Of a DNA stretch of 64,000 nucleotides, positions 10,254 through 19,725 are shown piece by piece. A program made the position numbers and the translations under genes. Below the pieces are notes generated by a model. That model was given only the letters and a program-made list of their open reading frames with translations, did not search any database and was not told where the DNA came from. This DNA comes from Methanothrix sp. Its GTDB lineage: Archaea > Halobacteriota > Methanosarcinia > Methanotrichales > Methanotrichaceae. Within the stretch, counting starts at the first letter, position 1, and each line of letters begins with the position of its first letter. The stretch covers positions 608,001-672,000 of the forward strand of contig OY821645.1 in the NCBI GenBank assembly GCA_963682135.1, in the 5' to 3' direction.

Positions 10254-11795
10254 TCACGATGATGGTTGACCATCCTCCATCGGGCAGATGCATTCCAGCC
10301 ACTCTTTCTCTGGACTTATGGTCTTGTTGGCCCACTTCCATCTGGTCCTGCCCGCTAGTGTGAAGTTGCCGGCAAGATGCGTATCGGTGAAGCCATTCGG
10401 CCAGTAAGCTGAGCGATCTGCCTGGCCCTGGAACTGAGCGGCCGTCTCCAGATAAGAGAGCGTCTTGCCCAGCTGTGCCCGATAGCTGAGGTTGAGGTCC
10501 TTGCCTTCATAGTATCTATCGCTCCAACGAATATCCCGGTAATCGTTCTCAGTCCGCAGATTTGCAGACCAATCCCCTTGCAGAGAAAGGGGGATGCTTT
10601 TTAGGGAGAGATTTACAGAGACTGGAGAGAATTCGGCAAGGATGTTGCGCTCCGCGCTGATGCTGATGGAATCATATGTCAGCTTCTCATCTGACTGATA
10701 ATCGCCCGTTCCATGCTCGCCGAATGCGAGAGTCGATCCAATTATCGGCCGGATTCTGGTAGTGGCTGATGCCGAGTAGTTGAACTCGCCAGCCATGATA
10801 TGCACATTGTTCGTGATAAGATAGCCTTCAAACTCGGTAGAAAGCATACCAGCGCTGGACATAAATCCCTTGCCGGAAACGCGGCCATCGATGATGCCCT
10901 TAGCGGCGGGCTTGCGGCTCCTCATCTTGATCACGATCTGGCCGTGCGCGCCCGGCGCAAGTTGGGAAAAGGTCCAGGTGTCGAAGGTGCCGGGATCGGG
11001 CGAGGGATAGGACACGATGAATACCGTTCGCGGATCGTATTGCTCTTTGACAGTCAAATCGACAGGTTCCATCCCATTATTTCCGTAGGTTATGGTGTAG
11101 GTTATCAGCCCACCCGCAGTCGCGGAAGATGGGCCGTCTTTGATATCCTCTTTCTCCAGAGGCTCGAAACTGATAATCTCATCGCCGATCTTAATATAAT
11201 CGATAAGAGCAGATGTTTCGGATGCATTGACATCCTTATAAATCGTGATATAAATTTTCACAATTCTCTTGCCCTCCAGCCTGCCCTTGCAGTCATCGAG
11301 ACTTTCGGGCGGGAATTCGTCGTCTTTGTACTTCTCATATTGCAGATCAAATCCATCCAGCTCATTCCAGGTATTATTGGACATCCCCGCTTTAGAGCAT
11401 AATTTTTTCTGCGAGAGAATCCTGGCATCCAGCATATTCTTGCTATCGTAACTGTCGTCCCCATCGCCATCAAAGTAGAGCTCAACCTGCACCGATCCAT
11501 CACCAGATTGAGGATATATCCACATGCTGAACTGATCAAGATCTTCGAGTGGCAGAGGCGGGTCCAGATAAATATAGATGCGGGCATAATTTCCTTCGCT
11601 ATTTATGGTTAGCTCTGCACTGTTGCCGCCTTGAAAGCTCTGTTTAGTAGAGACGCAAGCATCAGCATTCTTTAGCTTGCTGAGACGATAATCCAGATCA
11701 GTAAGACCGGTGGAACTTAATACATCCATCTGCAGAAAGATCATGATAATTAACATAACAGTAAGTGATCGATTGTATTGCAATGGCTTGCTCAT
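10254..11795 (-). CDS. Secreted/cell-surface protein with a DUF11-like Ig domain
   Basis: N-terminal hydrophobic segment; KDGPSSATAGGLITYTITYGNNG..TWTFSQLAPG. Confidence 0.7.
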   Translation of the reverse strand: MSKPLQYNRSLTVMLIIMIFLQMDVLSSTGLTDLDYRLSKLKNADACVSTKQSFQGGNSAELTINSEGNYARIYIYLDPPLPLEDLDQFSMWIYPQSGDGSVQVELYFDGDGDDSYDSKNMLDARILSQKKLCSKAGMSNNTWNELDGFDLQYEKYKDDEFPPESLDDCKGRLEGKRIVKIYITIYKDVNASETSALIDYIKIGDEIISFEPLEKEDIKDGPSSATAGGLITYTITYGNNGMEPVDLTVKEQYDPRTVFIVSYPSPDPGTFDTWTFSQLAPGAHGQIVIKMRSRKPAAKGIIDGRVSGKGFMSSAGMLSTEFEGYLITNNVHIMAGEFNYSASATTRIRPIIGSTLAFGEHGTGDYQSDEKLTYDSISISAERNILAEFSPVSVNLSLKSIPLSLQGDWSANLRTENDYRDIRWSDRYYEGKDLNLSYRAQLGKTLSYLETAAQFQGQADRSAYWPNGFTDTHLAGNFTLAGRTRWKWANKTISPEKEWLECICPMEDGQPSS

Positions 11796-11965
11796 ACATA
11801 TGCATATTTTCGTAACTGTAGAAATAAGATTCGCTCGACAAAACGAGAGAATCTAGCTATAGCCAATTTGCATCATTTCATCTTAATCACAAACTACCTA
11901 GATCAGGTCTACATAACATCTACATGAAAAAAAGGGTTATTAACTTCGCCGATAACCGACTATTC

Positions 11966-12041
11966 GGCGGGGTAGGAGAGTGGGGACTTGTCCTTACCGC
12001 CTGAGCAGGAGGAATGGGAAAGGGGGTAGCCTCCTGCTCAG
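11966..12041 (+). ncRNA. Candidate small RNA or bidirectional hairpin element
   Basis: Perfect 12-bp stem CTGAGCAGGAGG/CCTCCTGCTCAG with a G-rich loop, preceded by an imperfect GGCGG..CCGCC hairpin and AAAAAAGGGTTATTAA. Confidence 0.35.
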
Positions 12042-12059
12042 AATCCCTTAATTCGATTG

Positions 12060-15000
12060 TTAATTATTGCCGCTACCCGTCAGTTCCTCTTCGCTCTTCT
12101 CTATGACTCGTCTCAGTTCCTCGATTACTATGGGTTTGCTGATGTAATCATCCATGCCGGCTGCCAGGCACCTTTCCCGGTCGCCTTTGAGGGCGTAGGC
12201 AGTGATGGCTATAATCCTGGGCCCCTTGGGCCATAGCTTGCGGATCTCTTGAGCGGCCGCCAGGCCATCCATCTCCGGCATCTGTACATCCATGAGAATC
12301 ACATCATAGGGCTGCCGCTCTATTGCCTGCAAGACCTCTAGACCATTGCCGACCACATCTGCGCTGTAGCCGAGCCTCTTTAACATCTGAATAGCAACCA
12401 TCTGGTTGATGGTGTTGTCTTCTGCCAGCAAAATGCGCAGTGGTCTAAATCCTTTTTTGCTGGAGACCGCTCCGGTCTCCCTGAAGCCGGGATCGACGGG
12501 GATAGATATCCTTTCCGCCTCCTCGACCTGGATTGTAAAATGGAAAGTGGAGCCCAATCCCGGCTTGCTGACCACCCATATCTCACCTGCCATCAGCTCC
12601 ACCAGCCTGCGACTGATGGCCAGGCCCAGACCGGTTCCGCCGTACTTGCGTGTGGTAGTGGAATCTACCTGAGAGAAAGATTGAAACAGTCGGTCCATCT
12701 TTTCCTCAGGAATTCCAATGCCTGTATCGCTAATGGAAAAATGCAGCTCATATTGCTTGCCATCTGGGGCCACTATCGGCGTTCCTATCACTGAGATATC
12801 TATCGTCCCATCATGCGTGAATTTGACGGCATTGCCCAACAAGTTGACCAATACCTGACGAAGCCTGGTAACATCGCCTTTGAAGTATTCAGGAATCGAT
12901 TGATCAAGTTCATATTTCACAACCAGCCCCTTTTGATCCGCAGCCGCCTTCACCAGATCTACAGCCACAGCAATGCATTCTCGCAGATGGAAGGGCTGTC
13001 TCTCCAGCTCCATCTTGCCGCTCTCAATCTTGGAATAGTCCAGTATCTCATTTATAACCGAGAGCAAGGTATTGCCGGAGCTTCTTACAGTCTCTACATA
13101 ATCTCTCTCTTGTGCGGACAGGTCCGAGTTCAATAGCAAACCGGTAAGACCCAATACGGCATTGAGGGGCGTTCTGATCTCGTGACTCATATTGGCCAGG
13201 AAGTCTGATTTTGACCTGACTGCCGCCTCTGCGGCCTCTTTTGCCTCAATGAGACGATCTTCTGCCTGCTTTTTCTCTGTGATGTCGCGGATGGACTCTA
13301 TGGCCCCAAAGACGTTGCCGACAGAGTCATAGAGAACAGCAGCGCTGCCCAAGAGATAGACGATTCCGCCTTGCATGTTGGGCATGTAGGATTCTCCCCT
13401 GAGAACACTTCCTTTCTTTTCGATCTGGTTGTAACTGCTTTCGATATCTCTGTCAGCTTTTAAAATCAGATCGATGAGTATGGGCCGGCGAGTTCCATAA
13501 AAAGGTAATGCATACTCATAATTGCCCTTCCCGATCATATCTCTAGCCAAGATGCCGGTCATGGCCTCGATGGCCTTGTTCCAGGCTACCACTTTCCCAT
13601 CCCTATCGATGACAAAGGTAGCATCAGGCAAAAAATCAATGATGTCCATCAGGCGCTGCTCCGATTCCGCCAGGGACTCCTCGGCCCGCTTGCGCTCAGT
13701 AATATCGGTGAGTAAATTCAATGTGGCAGGTCTGCCTTGCCATTCAATCAAGGTCGCATTGATTTCCACCCACTTGACATTTCCTTTTGCAGTTAATACT
13801 CGAAAGGCATAGCTTGGCGGAGCGGCCTCATTTGCGATCCGTCGCCGGTAATTTTCAACCACCATGCTCCGATCATCCGGGTGGATGAACTCGGGAAATG
13901 GTCTATCAATGAGTTCCTGCTGCGAATCTACTTCTAACAGTCTAAGCATCATGGGATTGACAAACTTAAGCAGGCCATCTTGCGCGACGATTATTGATTC
14001 GTTAGCGTTGTTTATCAGCAGGCTATATTTTTTCTCGCTCTCGCGCAGCGCTTCCTCGGCCAGCTTGCGAGAAGTGATGTCCAAACCGACGGCTTGATAG
14101 CGGATGGGCTGCCCCTGCTCATTAAAAAATGCACGGTTGGTCCACTCTTGGTAGACCACTCTGCCGTCCGGCTTAAGATATCGTTGTTCGTGGATCTCAA
14201 TGGGATGCTGCGGTGTAAGCGTGCCCAGAATTTCTCTGACCTTTTTCTGGTCGGCAGGGGACAGGAATTCGAAGAAGTTTTTCCCGATCATATCCTCGGG
14301 TGCCTGGTCTTGCAATGCCGCCAGCGTCTTGTTCAGATAGGTCAGAGTGCCGTTGGGAAGAAACGCCGAAACAAAAACAGGCATGTCCTCAGACAACTGC
14401 CGGTAGCGCTCCTCGCTCACCCGCAATGCCTCCTCCGCCCTCTTGCGGTCGGTGATATCTCGAGTCACTCCCACGAGATACTCATTTCCTGACTTGTCTT
14501 TATAGGGCGTCTTCTTAACCAGGACGGTGCGAGTGATGCCAGGAGCGTAGGTGTTCGTCTCCTCGTTTACGTTCTCCACTCCTGTGGTAAATACCTCCTC
14601 GTCCTTCTGCCAGGAGACCCCAGCATCTTCCTGGGAGGGGAACAGCTCATAAGCGGTCCTGCCCAAAATATTCTCTCTTGAGCGATTGAAGAGTCTGCAA
14701 GAGGCATCATTGACCAGAATAATCCGGTGCTGCCTGTCCTTGACATGAATCGGATCACCGATGGAATTGATTATTTTGTCGAGGGAATCTCGAGTATCTG
14801 TCAGGGCCTGATTGGCTATTTCCAGTTCTGCAGTTCTCTGCAGGACCCTCTTCTCCAGTTCGTCATGGGCCCTTTTTAGCTGTTCATCGACCATCTTGCT
14901 CTTTGTGACATCCCGGGCAATGCCTACCAGAAACTGGTTGCCGACTTCATCTACATACAAGGTCTTCTTGGTGACCATGGTATGAACAATGCCCCGGCCA

Positions 15001-15419
15001 TCAGTCATCAGTTCTTCATTGACGCTCTCTCTTCCTGTAGTAAATACGGCTTCATCCATTTCCCAGAAAACGTCCGCCTGCTCTTTGGGGAAGAAATCAA
15101 AACAGGTCTTGCCGATCATTTCGTCAGGTCTTTGGCCGGCCAATTTGCTTTCGGCGGCGTTGATCAATATATACCGGTGCCGCCTATCTTTGACGAATAG
15201 AGGATCTGTAAACGAATTAAGAATCCTTTCCAGAAAGAGATGCTCCGATTTTTCTGCACTGCTCTCTTCTTCGAGAATTTTTTCTATGGCAATCAGATCT
15301 GTGGATACATCGGATAGCGTTTCGCCCAAGCATGCCGGAACGGATACGCTCTTGATCCTGAGATCATCTAATCGAGCGCGAAGCTGGCATATTCTGTGCA
15401 GTGCCTCATCGAATTGCAT
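12060..15419 (-). CDS. Cytoplasmic multi-PAS hybrid histidine kinase with receiver domain
   Basis: About five PAS/PAC repeats (RDITxRK), [29 protein letters not shown] (LAEDN, MDVQMP, KP). Confidence 0.95.
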   Translation of the reverse strand: MQFDEALHRICQLRARLDDLRIKSVSVPACLGETLSDVSTDLIAIEKILEEESSAEKSEHLFLERILNSFTDPLFVKDRRHRYILINAAESKLAGQRPDEMIGKTCFDFFPKEQADVFWEMDEAVFTTGRESVNEELMTDGRGIVHTMVTKKTLYVDEVGNQFLVGIARDVTKSKMVDEQLKRAHDELEKRVLQRTAELEIANQALTDTRDSLDKIINSIGDPIHVKDRQHRIILVNDASCRLFNRSRENILGRTAYELFPSQEDAGVSWQKDEEVFTTGVENVNEETNTYAPGITRTVLVKKTPYKDKSGNEYLVGVTRDITDRKRAEEALRVSEERYRQLSEDMPVFVSAFLPNGTLTYLNKTLAALQDQAPEDMIGKNFFEFLSPADQKKVREILGTLTPQHPIEIHEQRYLKPDGRVVYQEWTNRAFFNEQGQPIRYQAVGLDITSRKLAEEALRESEKKYSLLINNANESIIVAQDGLLKFVNPMMLRLLEVDSQQELIDRPFPEFIHPDDRSMVVENYRRRIANEAAPPSYAFRVLTAKGNVKWVEINATLIEWQGRPATLNLLTDITERKRAEESLAESEQRLMDIIDFLPDATFVIDRDGKVVAWNKAIEAMTGILARDMIGKGNYEYALPFYGTRRPILIDLILKADRDIESSYNQIEKKGSVLRGESYMPNMQGGIVYLLGSAAVLYDSVGNVFGAIESIRDITEKKQAEDRLIEAKEAAEAAVRSKSDFLANMSHEIRTPLNAVLGLTGLLLNSDLSAQERDYVETVRSSGNTLLSVINEILDYSKIESGKMELERQPFHLRECIAVAVDLVKAAADQKGLVVKYELDQSIPEYFKGDVTRLRQVLVNLLGNAVKFTHDGTIDISVIGTPIVAPDGKQYELHFSISDTGIGIPEEKMDRLFQSFSQVDSTTTRKYGGTGLGLAISRRLVELMAGEIWVVSKPGLGSTFHFTIQVEEAERISIPVDPGFRETGAVSSKKGFRPLRILLAEDNTINQMVAIQMLKRLGYSADVVGNGLEVLQAIERQPYDVILMDVQMPEMDGLAAAQEIRKLWPKGPRIIAITAYALKGDRERCLAAGMDDYISKPIVIEELRRVIEKSEEELTGSGNN

Positions 15420-15943
15420 TTCATGTCCTGGAAGCAGATAGCTTTGCTTAAGCGGTTCTACGAATCCAAAATCTTCATAGACCTAACCTCTCCAATTATG
15501 CATGTTTGTGATAAATAATTTTCCCCTAAATTGATATTTAACCCTGGTGCAACTGGAGGAACTCACACCAGTGATTCAGGCGAAATGGCACGGCTCCAAT
15601 GTGGTGAAGCTTACTTAAAAGGAGAGCTTGGGCAGCCCAAGATGCTCCTGCCAGGTGCCAGAGGCGCGCTGGACTGGATTGGGCGTATCGTATACGGCCT
15701 ACAGTTATACGGATGCTATTGGGGGAAATGGATCGGTTGAACTGGGATAGGGGGCTCATTTCTTCTTGCCTTTTTTATAAGCACACTCATATTATCGAAA
15801 TGCTTTTTAATTCGTGAGGTAGATTATGATATCGCCAAAAAGGAAGTCAGGGGGTACTTCCTAGAAGAGTTGAAAAAAGAAGGACGCCTGGAGGTTCTCT
15901 GAAGGATGGACCTTCAAAGAAGCTGGACGTATACCAATCTCAT

Positions 15944-17908
15944 TCATTTCTCGGCAGGCTGCTGCTGGCTTATGCAGTGCACCGTCCCCAGGCCGTGCAC
16001 CATCTCCCGGCAGTTGATGCCGACGACCCGCCTATCCGGGAAGGCCTCCTGGATGATTCTGAGTGCCACAGAATCGTTCCTGTGCCCGAAGACCGGCACC
16101 ATGACCACATCGTTGCCGATGTAGAAGTTGGCGTAGCTGGCGGGCAGCCGCCGCTCTGCGCCCACCTTTCCCGGCATGGGCAGCCTGATCACCTTGAGCG
16201 CGCAGCCGTCCTGGTCGGTCTCCCGGCAGAGCTGCTCGTAGTTCTGCTTGAGGACCGGGTAGTTTTCATCCTCTGCATCATCCTCGTAAGCGCAAAGCAC
16301 GGTGTTCGGGCCGACGAACCTGGCAATATCGTCCACATGCCCGTCCGTGTCGTCCCCGGATATGCCCTCTTTGAGCCAGATGACCTTGCTTATGCCCAGG
16401 TATTCCTTGAGATAACTCTCGATCTTCTCTTTGTTCAGGGCAGGGTTTCGGTTCTTATTGAGCAGGCACTGCTCCGTGGTCAGAACCGTCCCGCAGCCGT
16501 TCACATCGATGGAGCCGCCCTCCAGGACGATGCCAGGCCAGAAGTACTCCATCTTGAGGTCTTCGTTGATGAGTCCGCCAATTCTGCTGTCACCCATCAG
16601 CTCCGCATATTTCTCGCCCCAGGCGTTGAAGATCCAATTTACCGCGGCTACGCTCCTCTCCGGCTCATTCTTCCGGTTTACGACAAATGTGGGACCGTAG
16701 TCTCTGAACCACACATCCGCATAGCTTATCACGTGGAAGTGAACGCGGTGCAAATCGACCATTTCTTCTTTCAGCCGGTCCACGACATCGTTTTGCATCA
16801 TTTCGTCTTTGACCAGCAGGTTGACAATCTCGCTCTTGTGAATGGCTTTGATGATGGCCAGGTATGCCTTCTCCACCGCCTCGATCTCAGGGAAGCTGTC
16901 CAGATCGTAAGGCCAGGAGAGCCAGATGGCCTCGTGACGCTCCCACTCTGCCGGCATGTGGTAGCCCAAAGAGCGGGGCGTCTCTTGCCGACAGATCCCT
17001 ATCCCTTCCTTAGCCTTTCGATCCAGCCCTTCCTCATCCTGCACCATCTCGATGAGCGGCCAGTAGACATCAGGCCTGCGGTTGCGGAAAAAGCCCCAGC
17101 CCTTGCGCACCGCCTCATTCATGGCCAGATCCAGCTCCACCACCAGCGTCTCCTCCTCACTGCTGCCGGCCCGGGCCAGGATCTTGCCAAAGCAGTCGCA
17201 GACAAAGGAGCTGCCCCAAAAGATCAGGTCATCCTCGCAGCCCACCCTATTAGCCGCAGCCACGCAGACGCTATTGGCAATGGCGTGGCCTCTTTGCACT
17301 GTCTCCCAGGCATCATGCCAATCGCCCTCAGATGGGTCCTCCTCGCCCTTTATCCAGCCGATGGCCGTGGGATAGAAGATAATCTGCGCTCCGCTCAGCG
17401 CAGCAGCGCGCGCTGCTTCCGGGAACCACTGGTCATAGCAGATGAGTGCGGCAAATTTGGCATAGCGGGTATCGTAAACCCGGATCTCCTCTCCGGGAGT
17501 AAAATAGCTTTTCTCGTAAAAGAGAGGATCGTGAGGAATGTGCACTTTGCGATAGGTGGGAAGAAGGCTGCCGTCTGCATCAATCACAGCCACGGAGTTG
17601 TAGAATTCGCCTTCGTCATGCTCGAAGATGGGCACTATTATCACTATCTGCAGCTCTTCTGCCAGCGTGGAAAAGGCCTGCGTGGAAGGGCCAGGGATGG
17701 TCTCAGCCAGAGCAGCGGCATCTTCGCCATCCCACTGCGGAAAGTAGCGCGTGCGGAAAAGCTCCTGCAGGCAGACGATCCGGGCTCCTTTGCTTGCTGC
17801 CTCTCTTACCTTTTCTACAGTTCTCATCAGATTTAGATAGAGGTCTTCGCTAACATTGGTTTGAATCAATGCGATGCTGACTCTGGACGGAGGTTTATCT
17901 ACCGGCAT
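15944..17908 (-). CDS. Fusion of N-carbamoylputrescine amidase (nitrilase family) and agmatine deiminase
   Basis: CLQELF, YRKVHIP, ICYDQWFPE; then MPAEWERH, WFRDYGP, EGGSIDVNG, DDTDGHVD, GTVHCISQQQP. Confidence 0.92.
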   Translation of the reverse strand: MPVDKPPSRVSIALIQTNVSEDLYLNLMRTVEKVREAASKGARIVCLQELFRTRYFPQWDGEDAAALAETIPGPSTQAFSTLAEELQIVIIVPIFEHDEGEFYNSVAVIDADGSLLPTYRKVHIPHDPLFYEKSYFTPGEEIRVYDTRYAKFAALICYDQWFPEAARAAALSGAQIIFYPTAIGWIKGEEDPSEGDWHDAWETVQRGHAIANSVCVAAANRVGCEDDLIFWGSSFVCDCFGKILARAGSSEEETLVVELDLAMNEAVRKGWGFFRNRRPDVYWPLIEMVQDEEGLDRKAKEGIGICRQETPRSLGYHMPAEWERHEAIWLSWPYDLDSFPEIEAVEKAYLAIIKAIHKSEIVNLLVKDEMMQNDVVDRLKEEMVDLHRVHFHVISYADVWFRDYGPTFVVNRKNEPERSVAAVNWIFNAWGEKYAELMGDSRIGGLINEDLKMEYFWPGIVLEGGSIDVNGCGTVLTTEQCLLNKNRNPALNKEKIESYLKEYLGISKVIWLKEGISGDDTDGHVDDIARFVGPNTVLCAYEDDAEDENYPVLKQNYEQLCRETDQDGCALKVIRLPMPGKVGAERRLPASYANFYIGNDVVMVPVFGHRNDSVALRIIQEAFPDRRVVGINCREMVHGLGTVHCISQQQPAEK

Positions 17909-18548
17909 ATTCTTCCCCAATTGCATTGCTATTGAGCGCGCTGGTTTAACTAGATGGCGGGAATTTCAATTGATGCAGCCGCATGTATTCGATCACATCC
18001 AGCGGGAACCTGGCATAATTCCGGCGGCTCTCTGGCGGTTCCTATTGGGCGGTGGAGGGTGGAGTATGCAGCTGACCTGGAGGTTACGAGGGCCGCGGCG
18101 GGGGCGCTGGACGTCTTTGCGACCCTGTCCATGGCGGCCAGATCGGAGGTGAATAAGGAGGCCACGACGAAGATGGGCATCAGCTCCGGGGTTTCTATGA
18201 GGGGATCCGTAAGCCATTGCGGCTTCCTGTTGGATCTGGCAGCCAAAGCGACATACTATCTGAACTGCAAGACGGGTCAGGCGTCCATGACGGCGATCGC
18301 CTTCAAGGGAAGCGAGCAGAAGACGAAGGTGAGGGCGGTGTGCGCTTATTCATGATGGATGGTCGGATCGAATCTCTGCAGTACATCTAGCTTTACGGTG
18401 GCGGGTTCCACCGGGTTTTTACTTCTGGAGCGCGGAGGGTCACGAATATCCAGACCTTCAGTTTGGTAATGAAGTGAACCATCGCACGTTTTTTTCTGCT
18501 CTCTTAAATCGACAAGACATCACTTCTTTCTAAATTGAGGGCGGCAGC

Positions 18549-18949
18549 GCCTCCGCCGGCTCCCGGCGCGACGGATCGATAGCAAGCTTCTTTCCGTTCC
18601 TCTTGAGCACCGCCAAAAAGCTCGCATAATCATGCTCGTAGTAGCCCTGTAGCTTTGTCTTGGGCGTGAGATCCTCCACATTGGCTCCCAGGCAGCTCTC
18701 CAGCCAGCCAAGGAAGCCCTTGATATCCTGGCTAGCTTCTGCCAGGTTCATCTCCAGCATCCTCTCTGCCAGGAAGGCCTGGTGAATCGTGCACTACATC
18801 CGATTTCTCCTGTTCGGTGATGAAATTGCCAGCCTTGTCTTTGGGCAGGCAGGCATCCACCAGGGCCCCAATCTCGGCGTGCTTGCCATCGGCATAGAGC
18901 TGCATCAGCTCCGCCCCCAGGCGGGCGCGCTCGGGCGCGGGAGTGGTGA
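18549..18949 (-). pseudogene. Degenerate direct-repeat copy of the constant post-TRD 3' segment of the type IIG RM gene (cf. 19874..20270)
   Basis: Near-identical DNA (atctcggcgtgcttgccatcggcatagagctgcatcagctccgcccccaggcgggcgcgctcgggcgcggg) and peptide VEDLTPKTKLQGYYEHDY; frameshifted and truncated. Confidence 0.9.
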
Positions 18950-18973
18950 CAACTAGAAATATCGCTGTTAAAA

Positions 18974-19479
18974 TTATGAAAAGATCTCATCCACATTTTT
19001 GGGATGCATCACTACGAGCGGAAAAGCATCTGGAATTCTGTATTTCCTCAGGGTTTTATCTGTTGTTATGAGATAATCGAGATCATAAGCCATAGCATAG
19101 CCCAAATGAACCAAATCCGTTGGGCTCAGCCTGCTATCACGAACAGATTCATCCATATAGAGATTATAGCAAGCTACGGCCACAGCCTTGTTCGGGCGAA
19201 GAACGACTATATCTAATCCTTGCCAAAATCCAATCAGCTTATAGAGATCTTCAATACAGAATTTGCCCTCTTGTTCGCCGTTTTGCCCTCCTTGAAGGCA
19301 CAAGCTGACGATTTCCGCAAATACCGACACGGGAATACAGAGCTCTACGCGGGGGTGTCCGCTCGCGCGGCTCAAAAATTTTTTATTTCTCGGGGGAAAA
19401 TGTCCTTCTTTCTGAGCTCATCGCGATTGTGGTCAATGACAGCGTATAAGAAAATATCTGAATCTACAGCGATGCGCAT
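18974..19479 (-). CDS. PIN-domain (VapC-like) toxin split by a -1 frameshift at 19378-19384
   Basis: MRIAVDSDIF in one frame, stopping at 19372; SVFAEI, LSPTDLVHL, LITTDK in the -1 frame. Confidence 0.8.
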
Positions 19480-19484
19480 TGTTT

Positions 19485-19640
19485 TTAGCCACCAAAAGCG
19501 CTCTGAATTTTTCTTACCATTGCTTCCTCTTCTTCTTCGGTTAAGGCCCAAACCACTCTACCGAATAAATCCGTGGCTCCTCCGTGTGGCAGAGGGTCCT
19601 TCTCGGAGTCAAAGAGTTGATCAAATGGAATTTTTGGCAT
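19485..19640 (-). CDS. Putative antitoxin (51 aa, acidic)
   Basis: MPKIPFDQLFDSEKDPLPHGGATDLFGRVVWALTEEEEEAMVRKIQSAFGG ends 5 nt before the PIN ATG. Confidence 0.55.
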   Translation of the reverse strand: MPKIPFDQLFDSEKDPLPHGGATDLFGRVVWALTEEEEEAMVRKIQSAFGG

Positions 19641-19725
19641 TTTAAAGCACATCCACGATTGTCCTTGATCTTGGCATCATTCCCGTTATTATACTTTTGG
19701 GCAGTTTGCCCGTCGTGAATTATTA

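Noticed and set aside
15531-15759. Short ORFs on both strands or possible ncRNA upstream of the kinase
   Set aside because: No recognisable protein motif or convincing RNA fold
15977-17836. 619-aa ORF on the + strand
   Set aside because: Antisense shadow of the GC-biased amidase/deiminase gene; no recognisable motifs
17950-18520. Several overlapping ORFs
   Set aside because: Probably decayed island sequence; no family could be assigned
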